Assembly: GCA_943787795.1 (NCBI GenBank)
Contig: CALSNU010000007.1
Coordinates: 32,001-96,000 of the forward strand
DNA length: 64,000 nt
Origin: an uncultured bacterium
GTDB taxonomy: Bacteria > Planctomycetota > UBA1135 > GCA-002686595
Reading direction: 5' to 3'
The position numbers were made by a program, and so were the translations under genes. The notes beneath the pieces were generated by a model. The model was given only the letters and a program-made list of their open reading frames with translations, made no database searches and had not been told where the DNA came from. Positions 19,358 to 29,390 of the stretch are shown one piece after another (the first letter of the stretch is position 1; each line of letters starts with the position of its first letter).

Positions 19358-20950
19358 TCAGTTGGAGCTCGTCTCGGCGAAGCGTTCTTCCGACAGCGCC
19401 CAGCGGGAGAGCAGGGCGCTGACGCGCTCGGGCTCGCTCTGGAGTAGTTCCTCGATATGGGCTCGCGCCAGCGCGTCAAGGTCGACCTCTTCCTCGGAGC
19501 TGTCCCCGTTGCCGAGGCCCCGTCCGAGCGGGTTGTCGCCGCCCGTGGCGGCGGCGAGGTCGCCGGCCGCACCTTCACCCGGAGTCCGGGCGCTCTTGAG
19601 GCTCTTGCCGAGCATGAAGAGGAAGGCGAGGCCCACGATGATCTCGAGGCCGTGCTCCAGGGCCTTGAACACCAGCGGGCTGGTCGGCTCAGGCGCGGGC
19701 GCCTCGACGGGCATGGTCACCACGCCGTCGTCGGCCCGGTCGAGGTGGGGGAAGCGGACCACCGACTCCGCCATGGAGTCGCCGCGGCTCTCGTCGAAGC
19801 CGACGATGTTCTTGACCTGGGCGACCGCGACCGCGAGCTGGTCCTCGATCGACTCGTCCACGGCCACGTTGACGGTCAGCCTCGCGAGCTGAAACTGCTG
19901 GGCCACCCGGCGGGTCAGCTTGCTCCCGAACGCGTAGGCGGCCTCCTCTTCGCTGACGCTGGAGGTGGAGGGCAGCGCCTCGGCCCCCAAGGCCTGGTTA
20001 TTCGTGGAGCCCTGGATGTTCCGGGAGACGCCGAGGGGCCCCCCGACGTTCCGACGGAACTCGCTGGTCTCGGTGGTCCGCGAACGCTCGGAGCGGGGCT
20101 TCTTGGCCGGCTCGAGCTGCTCGGAGATCGACTCCTCCTGGACGTGCTCGAAGGCGGCGGTGACCGTGGCCGTGGCGAGGCCTGGACCGAAGAGCTGGTC
20201 GAGGTGTGCCTGGGCCCGCCGCGTCCCGATGCTCCCTTCCTTGTCCGCGAGGCCGCGGAGGGTGTCACGACCATCGCTGGTCGAGCCGTCATAGATGGAG
20301 TTGGAGTGCTGATCGACGATCGTGATCCGGCTCGGATCCGCGTTCGTGCCGTTCCTGATCAACCCCACCATCGACTGCGTCTGAGAGGCGCTGGGGGAGT
20401 AGAGGCCCCGGAGCGTCAACACGACGCTGACGCCGCGGTCGGAGGTCTTGCGCGGGACGAGCGGCGACGCCGTCGTGCCGGACGCGAGGACCGTGGCCTT
20501 GGAGACAAAGTCCATGCCCTCCAGCTGCAGCTCGAGCTCTTCCCAGCGGCGCTTGTCGGTCCGCTGTTGACGCTCCTGGCTGCCGAGGAAGACGGTGCTC
20601 GTCCCGTCAAGGGAGCCGTTGATCCCACGCTCGCTGTTGAGGTATCCGCCCTTGTTGTGGACCGCTTGCCTGGCGGCGAACTGCTCCGACTCCTCCACGC
20701 GGATCAGGTAGGGCGGCGAGCCGAGGGTGGTCTCGTACCGGATCCCGGCCTGCGAGAGCGCCGAGACCGCCTTGTTGAACTGCTGGGTGTCGAGGTCGGC
20801 AGCGAGGACCACGAAGTGGGGATTGCGGGCTTGCCACGTCAGGAAGACGCTGGCGACCACCGCGAGTCCGAGGCACGCGCCGAGCGCCCAACGCACGGAT
20901 GCGCTGGAGTCTCGGAGTTGGCCCAGTAGGTTTTTGATCAGGTCGTTCAT
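19358..20950 (-). CDS. fliF: Flagellar MS-ring protein FliF
   Basis: Two TMs, ring-building motifs, RLTVNVAVD, IVGFDESRGD, PERVSALLSRW. Confidence 0.92.
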   Translation of the reverse strand: MNDLIKNLLGQLRDSSASVRWALGACLGLAVVASVFLTWQARNPHFVVLAADLDTQQFNKAVSALSQAGIRYETTLGSPPYLIRVEESEQFAARQAVHNKGGYLNSERGINGSLDGTSTVFLGSQERQQRTDKRRWEELELQLEGMDFVSKATVLASGTTASPLVPRKTSDRGVSVVLTLRGLYSPSASQTQSMVGLIRNGTNADPSRITIVDQHSNSIYDGSTSDGRDTLRGLADKEGSIGTRRAQAHLDQLFGPGLATATVTAAFEHVQEESISEQLEPAKKPRSERSRTTETSEFRRNVGGPLGVSRNIQGSTNNQALGAEALPSTSSVSEEEAAYAFGSKLTRRVAQQFQLARLTVNVAVDESIEDQLAVAVAQVKNIVGFDESRGDSMAESVVRFPHLDRADDGVVTMPVEAPAPEPTSPLVFKALEHGLEIIVGLAFLFMLGKSLKSARTPGEGAAGDLAAATGGDNPLGRGLGNGDSSEEEVDLDALARAHIEELLQSEPERVSALLSRWALSEERFAETSSN

Positions 20951-20953
20951 GGT

Positions 20954-21313
20954 TCAGACCGACATCCGCATGACTTCGCGGTAGGCGTCGAGGAGCTTGT
21001 TGCGGACGGTCAAGGCGAACTGGAAGGTGATCTCGGACTCCTTCAGTTGTGCCGCGACTTCGTGCAGGTCGACGTCACCTTTGATGACGTCGAGGTGAAT
21101 GTTGTTGGTGCGCTGGACGGACGATTCGACGGCGCCAAGGCCTTCCTTGGCGACGCTCTCGACGCTCGTGGAGCTCGCCGCTTCCGGCGAGATGGCGGGG
21201 AATGAAGCCCCGTTGGGAGTCGAGCCTTCCGGCTTGGAGGCCTGGCTCATCTGGCGCTTCAGCTGCGCCATACGCTCGTAAGCGTTGCCTCCTCCGATCT
21301 GCAGGTTGGTCAT
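20954..21313 (-). CDS. fliE: Flagellar hook-basal body protein FliE
   Basis: DLHEV...VRNKLLDAYREVMRMSV. Confidence 0.95.
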   Translation of the reverse strand: MTNLQIGGGNAYERMAQLKRQMSQASKPEGSTPNGASFPAISPEAASSTSVESVAKEGLGAVESSVQRTNNIHLDVIKGDVDLHEVAAQLKESEITFQFALTVRNKLLDAYREVMRMSV

Positions 21314-21337
21314 GATTCAGCCGCCGTGTACTTTGGA

Positions 21338-21793
21338 TCAGTCGGCGAGGCGAAGAGCCCGATCGGCCATCCGCTCGAAGTTCTCTTGCACCGAGAGATT
21401 CGCCTCGTAGGAGCGGACCGCCGTCACCAGGTCGGCCATCTCCTTCATCGTGTTGACGTTCGGATAGAGCACGACGCCGCGCTCATCGGCGTCGGGGTGT
21501 CCGGGGTCGAAGACCTCTTCGAAGGGCGACTGGTCCTTGATGATCTCGTCGACGCGGATGCCGACGAAGCGGTCCGGCGCGCCGGCAACGCGCTCCATGA
21601 TCGGAGCGAAGGAGACCTCCTCCCGCCGGTAGGGGAGCCCGGTCTCGGGGTCCAAGGTTGTCCGGGCGTTGGCGATGTTCTTCGCGATCGTGTCGACGCG
21701 CTCGCGCTCTGCGGTGAGCGAGGAGGTCGCAATGCGCATCCCGCGGAAGACCGCGTTGAGGGGGCGCCCCTGGCTTGTGTCGTTGACGTTCAT
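21338..21793 (-). CDS. flgC: Proximal rod protein FlgC
   Basis: LTAERERVDTIAKNIANA, PYRR, DPGHPDAD..G.V.YPNVN, RSYEANL. Confidence 0.96.
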   Translation of the reverse strand: MNVNDTSQGRPLNAVFRGMRIATSSLTAERERVDTIAKNIANARTTLDPETGLPYRREEVSFAPIMERVAGAPDRFVGIRVDEIIKDQSPFEEVFDPGHPDADERGVVLYPNVNTMKEMADLVTAVRSYEANLSVQENFERMADRALRLAD

Positions 21794-21795
21794 GA

Positions 21796-22161
21796 TCAGC
21801 GGTCGTGGATGATGGCCTGGCTCACGAGTGACTGTTGGCTGCGAAGAATGGTGGCGTAGAGCTCGTAGCGGATGCGGTTCTCGGTGACGAGGCTCGCCTC
21901 TTGTTCGGCCGAGACGTTGTTGCCGTCGGCGCGTCCGGGTGTGTCCGTGTCGGTGACGATCTTTGGCTTCAGGTCCTTGAGGTGATTGACGTCTCCACCC
22001 TTCTGCATCTCCTCGAAGAGGAGCTTCTCGAACTGAACGTCCTGGCGTTGGTAGCCGGGGAGGTTCTGGCTCGCGATGTTGTTGGCCAAGACGTCACGCC
22101 GCGTCGTCGCGGCAGACATCAGCCGAACGAGCATGTCGGCGCCTTTGGGTCGGATCGTCAT
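21796..22161 (-). CDS. flgB: Proximal rod protein FlgB
   Basis: RDVLANNIAS..PGYQRQDVQF, RADGNNV. Confidence 0.93.
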   Translation of the reverse strand: MTIRPKGADMLVRLMSAATTRRDVLANNIASQNLPGYQRQDVQFEKLLFEEMQKGGDVNHLKDLKPKIVTDTDTPGRADGNNVSAEQEASLVTENRIRYELYATILRSQQSLVSQAIIHDR

Positions 22162-22171
22162 GCCTTGAACC

Positions 22172-23578
22172 TCAGCCAAGCAGGCCGGCGTGACGCCAGA
22201 TCTTCATCTTGTTGGAGAGCGTGCGGGCGGTGACGCCCAGCCGGCGCGCGGCCTCGGTCTTGTTGCCGCCGGTGCGCTCGAGGGTCGAGAGGATTGCGAT
22301 CCGCTCGACGTCGGCCATGGACTCGTTGGCGATGGCCTCCTGGAAGGCGGGGTGCTCAAGGTCGAGGTCAATCTCGCCGCCTCTCGCGCTGGTCGAGTTG
22401 TGGGGGCCGAATACGAGGTCCTCTGCCCCGATGGAGGCTGCACCCTCGTCGCAGGCGCCGAGGATGACGGCCCGTTGGATGACGTTCTCGAGCTCGCGGA
22501 CGTTGCCGGGCCAGCCCCAGCTGCTGAGCCGCTCGGCGGCCTCAGCGGTGACCTCGGGGGTGGGGAGGCCGTTCTGCTTGGCGTAGACCTCCGCGAAGCG
22601 CTCGGCCAGGGGCATGATGTCCTCCGGGCGCTCGTTGAGCGGGGCGATGTGGAGGGGGAGGACGTGCAGCCTGTAGTAGAGGTCCTCGCGGAACCGCCCC
22701 TCAGCGACCTCGAGGGCGAGGTCTCGGTTGGTCGAGGCGACCACGCGCACGTTGACCTTGAGGGTCTTCTGACCGCCAACCCGCTCGAACTCGTCTTCCT
22801 GGAGCACGCGGAGGAGCTTGGCCTGCATTGCGGCGGAGATCTCCCCGACCTCGTCCAGGAGCAGCGTCCCGCCGTCGGCGAGCTCGAAGCGACCGAGGCG
22901 CTGCTTGTCGGCGCCGGTGAATGCGCCTCGCTCGTGACCGAACAGCTCGGACTCGAGGAGCTGCTCGGAGAGAGCGGCGCAGTTCACCCGGATGAAGGGT
23001 TGCTCGGCCCGCTCCGAGGCGGCGTGGATGAAGCTCGCGACCCGTTCCTTCCCAGTGCCGCTGGCGCCGGTGATGAGCACGGTGCCCTTCGAGCGTGCGA
23101 CGCGTGCGGCCGAGTGAAGGAGGTCTCCCATGGCCGGGCTGGCCGCCACCATCTGGTCAGGGGAGCCGCTCATGGCCTCCTCGCGGAGGTAACGGTTCTC
23201 CTCGACGAGCTTCTGCTCCCGTTGCAGCCGCTTCAGAGCGAAGTCGAGGCTGTCGATGGAGATGGGCTTGAGGAGGACGTCGCGCGCGCCGTACTTCATG
23301 GCCGCGACGGCTGACTCGACGGTAGCGTGCGCCGTGCAGAGCATCACCGGGAGGTCTGGCCAGCGCTCTTGAATCCGCTGGGTCAGTTCGACGCCGTCGA
23401 TGCCCGGCATGCGGAGGTCGGTGAGGACGACGTCCGGCTGCTCTCGCTCGATCATGTTCAGCGCGGCCGCGGCCTCGTTGGCGCTGATGGCGCTGTATCC
23501 GAGACTTGTGACAGCCTCTCCCAGGTACTCGCGTGCCAGGGACTCGTCGTCGACGACCAGAATGCGTTGGAGGGTCAT
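22172..23578 (-). CDS. sigma54-dependent response regulator (FlgR/FleR/FlrC-like)
   Basis: REC (VVDDE, TDLRMP, KP), [36 protein letters not shown], Fis HTH. Confidence 0.92.
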   Translation of the reverse strand: MTLQRILVVDDESLAREYLGEAVTSLGYSAISANEAAAALNMIEREQPDVVLTDLRMPGIDGVELTQRIQERWPDLPVMLCTAHATVESAVAAMKYGARDVLLKPISIDSLDFALKRLQREQKLVEENRYLREEAMSGSPDQMVAASPAMGDLLHSAARVARSKGTVLITGASGTGKERVASFIHAASERAEQPFIRVNCAALSEQLLESELFGHERGAFTGADKQRLGRFELADGGTLLLDEVGEISAAMQAKLLRVLQEDEFERVGGQKTLKVNVRVVASTNRDLALEVAEGRFREDLYYRLHVLPLHIAPLNERPEDIMPLAERFAEVYAKQNGLPTPEVTAEAAERLSSWGWPGNVRELENVIQRAVILGACDEGAASIGAEDLVFGPHNSTSARGGEIDLDLEHPAFQEAIANESMADVERIAILSTLERTGGNKTEAARRLGVTARTLSNKMKIWRHAGLLG

Positions 23579-23591
23579 GTGGAGAAGGAGA

Positions 23592-24782
23592 TCAGGCTCG
23601 TTGGCTCGGGATCGTGAGGGCGAAGGAGGCTCCGCCCAGGGCAGCAGGGGTAGCGTCGGGTTCGAACGCACCGGCGTGGAGCTGGGCGACGCGCTGTACG
23701 AGCGCGAGGCCGAGCCCGGTGCCTTCGGCGCGGGTCGTGAAGAAGGGGTCGCAGAGGCGGTGGATGTCTTGTGGACGGAGGCCGGGCCCCGCGTCGCTCA
23801 CCCGGAACTCAACGCCGGAGGTCGTGGGCGTGGCGGAGACGCTCACGGCGCCTCCTTCGGGCTGGACGTCGCAGGCGTTGGCGATCAGGTTGCGCAGGGC
23901 CTGGCGGACCTTGATGCGGTCCGCGATGAGGACGTCAGCCTCGACGCTGACCTCGATGCTCCAGCGATCCGCTTGGCTGCGCTGGCGCAACGCAGCGCCG
24001 CACGCCGCGTTGACGAGGTCCGCGATGTCACACTCCTCGAGGTGGAGGTCGCCGTCGCCGGTGATGCCGAGCATGCCGGAGACGATGGCCTCGATCTCGA
24101 ACACGCCCTCCCGGACGCGCGTGGCGAGGTGAGTGGCGCGGGTCTCCCCAGCGGACTCGCGCACAAGGAGCTCAGCAAAGCCCTGGATCGCGTGCAGGGG
24201 GTTTCGGATCTCGTGGGCGATGCCGCCGGCCATCGTGCCGAGGGCGGCCGTCTTGTCGAGGCGGTGCATGCGCTCCTGGGTGCGGACGAGGACGCTCTGG
24301 TCCTCGATCACCTCGACGGCGCCGCTGACCTGTTGTCCCCGCGTGACCTCAGAGAAGCGGTGCGCCAGAACGCGGGTGACACCGTCCGAGCAGAGCACCT
24401 CGACGGGCTCTCCGTCGGCCTCGCGGCCAGCGAGGCCGCTCCACTGGGTGGCGCCGATGATCTCGTTCTCCTCGGTACCGAGGATCTCCAGGGCGGCGCG
24501 GTTGGCCGCCTGGACCTGACCCTCCGCGTCGTAGACGACGACGCCCGCGGGGATCGACGTGAGCACGGACTCAAGGTGGCACTTGACCTCGTCGAGCTCC
24601 TCGACCTTGGCCGCAAGCTCCGTGTTGGCCGCGCAGAGTTCGGCTTCAACATGGGCCGCGCGCTCCTCGAGACGCGCGTGGCTCACCTGCAGGTCCTCGA
24701 GGACGGCAGAGAAGCTAGCGATCGCATCTTCGACGCTCATCTCGGGAGAGAGCGAGAGGGCGGGTCGGCTGGTGGAGGACAT
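23592..24782 (-). CDS. Cytoplasmic PAS sensor histidine kinase (FlgS/FleS/FlrB-like)
   Basis: AHEIRNPL, NLIANA, DAGPG, PFFTT..GTGLGL; no TM. Confidence 0.92.
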   Translation of the reverse strand: MSSTSRPALSLSPEMSVEDAIASFSAVLEDLQVSHARLEERAAHVEAELCAANTELAAKVEELDEVKCHLESVLTSIPAGVVVYDAEGQVQAANRAALEILGTEENEIIGATQWSGLAGREADGEPVEVLCSDGVTRVLAHRFSEVTRGQQVSGAVEVIEDQSVLVRTQERMHRLDKTAALGTMAGGIAHEIRNPLHAIQGFAELLVRESAGETRATHLATRVREGVFEIEAIVSGMLGITGDGDLHLEECDIADLVNAACGAALRQRSQADRWSIEVSVEADVLIADRIKVRQALRNLIANACDVQPEGGAVSVSATPTTSGVEFRVSDAGPGLRPQDIHRLCDPFFTTRAEGTGLGLALVQRVAQLHAGAFEPDATPAALGGASFALTIPSQRA

Positions 24783-24820
24783 GACTTGGTGGCTGGCGTT
24801 GTTGAGGATCCGGCCGCGAC

Positions 24821-25702
24821 TCAGCGGGACGTTCCGCCGGAATTGCGGAGCTCGCGGCTGAAGTCGACGAACTTGAGGTCGCGTTCCGCCTGGCGCTGGA
24901 AGTCCGCGGCGTCGGGGTCGGCGATCAGTGAGCGGTAGAGGTCAGCGGCGTCTTCGTAGCGCTCGAGCGATTGGTAGGCGCGTGCGAGCCAGTACGTCCG
25001 GGCCGGCGACTTCGGCGCCGTCTCGAGGACCGTGACGGCCTCCGCTGCGCGGCCGCGGCGGACGTACAGGCGTCCGAGGCGGGTCGGAGCCGCGACGTAG
25101 TCCGCGCCCTCCAGGGCGACGGATTCGGCGCCGCGGCGCCGGGCCGAATCGGTGACCGAGTCCAGGGGAAGGAGCTCTGAGTTGATCTGCTGGAGCATGG
25201 CCGGGCTCATGCCCTCAGATCCGGCCAGCGCGAGGGGGCCGGCGCCCGGCGTGCGGGGGACCGTGGTGCCCCCGCTGGTGCCGTTCATAGGGGCCTTCGG
25301 GTCGGTCCTGGTGCTGCCCTGCTCTCCCGCCGCGCCAGCGAGGCCAAGGGATCGCACGACGCTGCCGGGGAGCTGCATGATGGCCTTGACCTCGGAGGGG
25401 GTCCCGAGGAGGCGATCCAGCTGGAAGCGCAGGCGAGCCAGGTCGGTTTGAAGGGACTCGAGATAAGACCCACCAGCGCGCTGCGGGTCACGGGGCGCTT
25501 CGGTCGTCGAGACGATCGCGCCGATGGCGGCCCGGTCGCCGGTCGCGGCGCGGTCCCGGAGTTCTGCGAGGTAGTCCAGGGAGTTCAGCGTGGCGCTGAG
25601 CTGGGACTGCAGCGAGTTGACGTTCTCGTCCTGGCCGGTGACGGCGGGGACCACGAAGACCGTGGCGAGGGCGAGTTGGACGGTTCCGATTGATTTCATC
25701 AT
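24821..25702 (-). CDS. Secreted protein with C-terminal TPR repeats
   Basis: Signal peptide; LGRLYVRRGRAAEAVTVLE, YWLARAYQSLERYEDAADLYR. Confidence 0.7.
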   Translation of the reverse strand: MMKSIGTVQLALATVFVVPAVTGQDENVNSLQSQLSATLNSLDYLAELRDRAATGDRAAIGAIVSTTEAPRDPQRAGGSYLESLQTDLARLRFQLDRLLGTPSEVKAIMQLPGSVVRSLGLAGAAGEQGSTRTDPKAPMNGTSGGTTVPRTPGAGPLALAGSEGMSPAMLQQINSELLPLDSVTDSARRRGAESVALEGADYVAAPTRLGRLYVRRGRAAEAVTVLETAPKSPARTYWLARAYQSLERYEDAADLYRSLIADPDAADFQRQAERDLKFVDFSRELRNSGGTSR

Positions 25703-25716
25703 CTGGACTTCTCTCT

Positions 25717-27237
25717 TCAAAGGCGCCCTTCGAGCGCCTTGATGGCCAGGTCGAGCTCGCCCGCTTCTTCGAAGAGGTTCGAGGCGGCGAGGTAGACGCG
25801 GCGACGGTCCGAGGGGTGGGTCTGCTCCTGAGCGGTCTTGCGCAGGACGAAGACGGCCGTGGTGAGCCGTCCGCTCCTCGCGAGGGCGCGGGAGTAGTTC
25901 AGGCCGACATCGAGCCGCAGCTCGGGCGAGGACAGCATCTGGCGGCGATCGAACATGGGCCGCAGGGCCTCGGCGGCCTCTGCGAACAGGCCGCGGTTGA
26001 TCAGGTGGCGGCCACGGTCAAGGCGATCGTTGTCGTCGAACGCCTCGAGGTGACGAGCGGGGAGGTCGAGCGCGGCGAGGGCCTTGTTCTCGACGTTCTT
26101 GAGAGCCAGGGTCTCCTCACCCGAGTTGGCGGCGAGCTTCGCGATGGCGATCACAGTCAGGTGAGACCCGCCGGTGTGGGCGGCCTCTGCGGCGCGCAGG
26201 AGAGCGTCGGCGCGGAGCGCGCCCTCCGTCATCTCTGCGTACATCAGCCACGCTCGAACGGCTTGCTCATACTGGCCTGCGTACTCGAACGCGCGGGCCC
26301 GGAGCTCTGCGACCTCAGGGTCAGCGTCGGAGTTGACCCCATTGGCGCGCGCGAGGTCGAGGAAGCGGAGAGCCTCGGCGGGCTCGCCCGTCAGCGAGAA
26401 GGCGCGACTGCGGATGATGTACCGCCGACGACGCTCGGAGGCGGTGATCGTGCGGTCCTCGGTATCGAGCACATCCAGCTGCAGGTGAGCGCGGGTGGCA
26501 TACTCGAGGCTCGAGTTGGGGTCCTTGGATGCGTCGGCTTGGTGGGTGTAGGCCTCGGCCAGGAGGCGGCGGGCGCGAGACCGAATCGGCTGAGGCGAGG
26601 AGCTCGCCAGGAGCTGCTCGAGGCACATGGCCGCCTCGCCCCAGTCTCCAGCATCGCTGTAGGACCGGCTCGCCTCGATACGCGCTCGGGGCGCGAGGTC
26701 TGATTCCTTGTAGTTCTCGAAGAGCTGGCTGAAGAGCCGCCCTGACTGGAGCCCCTCGCCGGGGAGCTGCTGCCACATCTTGGCGCGGTTCCAGAGGGCT
26801 CCCGGCGCCAGGACGCTGTTCGGGGCAGCCGTCATGGCCCGCAGATACCAGGACTCTGCGCGGGTGTAGACTTCCTTGCGCGTCGGGTAGGGGCCGAGGT
26901 CCTCGGCGACGAGCAGCGTCTCACCCCTGAGGGTGGCGCGGAGGCCAACCGAGCCTGAGATGACGAGCAGCGCCTCGCGCAGATCCACGTCTTCCATCAG
27001 CGCGGTGACCTCGGGGTCACGGCTGATCAGCTCGCTCCCCTCGACGGTCCTGCCGCACTCGACGGCGACCTTCGCCATCAGGCTCTTGAAGGAGACCCGG
27101 TCAGCCTTGACGTTGATCCGCGGGCCGTCATCTCCATCAGTGATGGTGACCGTGGAGCGCGGGAGCGGCGTGTCCTGCGCAGGGGCCACGGTGACCGTGA
27201 GGGCGCAGGCTGCGGCGATCAGGATGCGCGAGATCAT
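25717..27237 (-). CDS. Secreted STN/secretin-N0-like domain plus TPR-repeat protein
   Basis: Signal peptide; VSFKSLMAKVA..G...VDLREALLVISGSVGL; multiple TPR-like helix pairs. Confidence 0.7.
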   Translation of the reverse strand: MISRILIAAACALTVTVAPAQDTPLPRSTVTITDGDDGPRINVKADRVSFKSLMAKVAVECGRTVEGSELISRDPEVTALMEDVDLREALLVISGSVGLRATLRGETLLVAEDLGPYPTRKEVYTRAESWYLRAMTAAPNSVLAPGALWNRAKMWQQLPGEGLQSGRLFSQLFENYKESDLAPRARIEASRSYSDAGDWGEAAMCLEQLLASSSPQPIRSRARRLLAEAYTHQADASKDPNSSLEYATRAHLQLDVLDTEDRTITASERRRRYIIRSRAFSLTGEPAEALRFLDLARANGVNSDADPEVAELRARAFEYAGQYEQAVRAWLMYAEMTEGALRADALLRAAEAAHTGGSHLTVIAIAKLAANSGEETLALKNVENKALAALDLPARHLEAFDDNDRLDRGRHLINRGLFAEAAEALRPMFDRRQMLSSPELRLDVGLNYSRALARSGRLTTAVFVLRKTAQEQTHPSDRRRVYLAASNLFEEAGELDLAIKALEGRL

Positions 27238-28388
27238 CGGGCTTCCTCCGGCGCGATCAGGCTGCCCTGCTCAAAGTAGGTGAAGGGGATCAGGTAGTCG
27301 ATCTCCTCTCGAAGGCTGTTGGGCATGGGGACCCGGTCGCGGTTGGCCAGCACGAAGTTGAGGAGCATCCGAGCCTCCTCGGGCTTGCCTTGGTCCAGGA
27401 GAGCCTTGGCGCGAGCGACTCCAAGCTGGTGGGTGTTGTCGTACTCGAGGGGATCAACAGCCGGCTCCTTGACCGCGGCAAGGGCCTTGGGATCAAGCCG
27501 CTTGGGCCCCTGCTGCGTGAGCTCCCCCGGGTTGGGCTCCCCCGGGCCGGACTGGGCCGGGTCGGCCTGGTTTGGGCCGGACTGGTTTGGGCCGGACTGG
27601 GTCGGGTCGGGCTCGATGACGTGCTCGACGCTCGGCTCAGCGTTGGCCGGAGCGGCAGCCTGGGCGTCCTGCGACTGCTGATCGAGCAGGACCTGGGCCA
27701 TCAGGCCCGTGGCCTCGGAGATGGTCTGGTTGAACCGGTCGCTGGCCTGCTGAGCGAGGAAGAAGATCCCGGTGTTGATGAGGAGGAAGCAGCCCACGAG
27801 GGCCAGGAGGGAGCGGTTACGCTCCCACGAGGACGCGCCGGGCATGTCCTCGGGCAGCGTGATGCGCGGGCCTCGATCCCCAAGGAGAGACATCGAACCG
27901 GTCGCGGCGACCGCCTCCTTCGACTCTTGCTCGGCGGGCTCGGTGGCGAGCGCGGCGGCCTGCTCCGCGGCGGGCTGCTCAGGGGCCGACCCAGCAGCGG
28001 AATCAGCGATGGGCTCGGGGTCGGACTGGAAGACGGGGGATCCGACCTCGATGCTCGACGGAGCTTCGGGAGCATCGTCGGCTCGGAGGCCCTCGCTCAC
28101 CGTGTCGAAGGGGCTGATACCCGATGTCTGGGGGGCCGGGGCGTTCGAAGCCGAGTCAAAGTCGAACAGGTCGTACTCGAGATCGCTGATCCCCTCGGGC
28201 TGCGGAGGGTTCGGGACCGGGTCAATCTCAAGGACATCTCCAAAGAGCTCGGAGGAGCCGTTCGTCGGCGTGGAGGCGATATCGCCAGGGGCGAACTCCG
28301 GCTTCTCTTCAAAGCCGAAGCTGTCCACCCCGAAGGCCTCGGGGAAGTCGAAGAGGTCATCCCGGTCGTTTTGGTCAGCGGTGCTCAT
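27234..28388 (-). CDS. Bitopic membrane protein: acidic disordered N-terminus, one TM, Pro/Gln linker, TPR-like tail
   Basis: Repeated DLFDF-like motifs; TM LLALVGCFLLINTGIFFL; QSGPN repeats; ARAKALLDQGKPEEARMLL. Confidence 0.65.
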   Translation of the reverse strand: MSTADQNDRDDLFDFPEAFGVDSFGFEEKPEFAPGDIASTPTNGSSELFGDVLEIDPVPNPPQPEGISDLEYDLFDFDSASNAPAPQTSGISPFDTVSEGLRADDAPEAPSSIEVGSPVFQSDPEPIADSAAGSAPEQPAAEQAAALATEPAEQESKEAVAATGSMSLLGDRGPRITLPEDMPGASSWERNRSLLALVGCFLLINTGIFFLAQQASDRFNQTISEATGLMAQVLLDQQSQDAQAAAPANAEPSVEHVIEPDPTQSGPNQSGPNQADPAQSGPGEPNPGELTQQGPKRLDPKALAAVKEPAVDPLEYDNTHQLGVARAKALLDQGKPEEARMLLNFVLANRDRVPMPNSLREEIDYLIPFTYFEQGSLIAPEEAR

Positions 28389-28394
28389 GGTCTT

Positions 28395-29390
28395 CTAGCT
28401 CCAGAGCGCCGCCTGGAGCGCACGGCGAGGGTCGGGTCCTGCGAGCAGCCGACCCGCCACAACGGCCAGGGCTGGGGACAGGATGACGGGTGCGTTCGGG
28501 TCTTCCTCGAGAGTGGCCAGGAGCTCCTTCGAGGTCCCGGGGGCGAGGAAGTCGAGGTCGCTCAGGTCGATGCGGTCGGGGTCATCGAACTCGAGGACGC
28601 TGACTCCGAAGCGAATGCGTACCGCCGTCCCGGCGCCGATCTCGGAGGCGACCTGAAGCTCCTCGCAGAGGGCCTGAGTACGACCGATTCCGGTCGCGGC
28701 GTCGACGCCCGCCTCGGCGAGGACGGCGGCCGTATCGAATCCAGGGCCGTCGTCTCGGACCTCGACCTGGAGCTCGCGAGCGCCCATGGTGGCCTCGACC
28801 TCGATGGTCGTGGCTCCGGCGTCAACGCTGTTGGCCACGATCTCGGCCACGGCGGATCCGATGCGGGCGCGGGCTGCCGGCGTGATGTCGCAGCGGACGG
28901 CCCAGCTGATGAGGTCGCGCGCGGCGGCCTCGGCGGCGCGGGGATGAGCGGCGAGGATCAGCTCCAAGGTCGCCCGCTCGTCCGACTCTCCGTCGACCTC
29001 GCCGGCGGTGCCGGCTGCACCCTCGACCGCAGCGATGAGCTGCTCGGGGAGCAAGGGGCGCTCCAGGAGGTCATGGACGCCGAGGCGGATCGCGCGGCGG
29101 TAGTCAGCGTGGCTCGGGTTGATGCCGACGAGGACGATGTAGGGGTCGAGGCCAGCGGCGCGGATGCGCTCCACCAGCTCGAGGCCGTCGAGGGATCCTG
29201 CGGGGCCACCGAACTCGGCGACGACGACATCGCACCCGGCGAGGGCCAACGCGTCGGCGTAGCAGTCGGCGGTGGCGGCCTGGAGGTCGTTGGCCTCGAG
29301 GAGGCTCGCGAAGGCGTAGCTGACCGTCTGGTCCTCCATGGCGAGGAGGACCGTCAGGCTGTCCGTCGCGGTGATCTCTGCGCTGGTCAC
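28395..29390 (-). CDS. Pseudo-receiver domain fused to RsbW-like HATPase
   Basis: REC fold with DVVVAE and ERP; AVAEIVANSV, VRDDGPGFD, GTAVRI; GTG start overlaps upstream stop. Confidence 0.75.
   Translation of the reverse strand: MTSAEITATDSLTVLLAMEDQTVSYAFASLLEANDLQAATADCYADALALAGCDVVVAEFGGPAGSLDGLELVERIRAAGLDPYIVLVGINPSHADYRRAIRLGVHDLLERPLLPEQLIAAVEGAAGTAGEVDGESDERATLELILAAHPRAAEAAARDLISWAVRCDITPAARARIGSAVAEIVANSVDAGATTIEVEATMGARELQVEVRDDGPGFDTAAVLAEAGVDAATGIGRTQALCEELQVASEIGAGTAVRIRFGVSVLEFDDPDRIDLSDLDFLAPGTSKELLATLEEDPNAPVILSPALAVVAGRLLAGPDPRRALQAALWS

Noticed and set aside
19457..20929. Long antisense or alternative-frame ORFs (also 3776..5683, 23400..24938, 27390..29567, 50425..52446)
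   Set aside because: They shadow well-supported genes, as expected from high-GC codon bias, and carry no recognisable motifs
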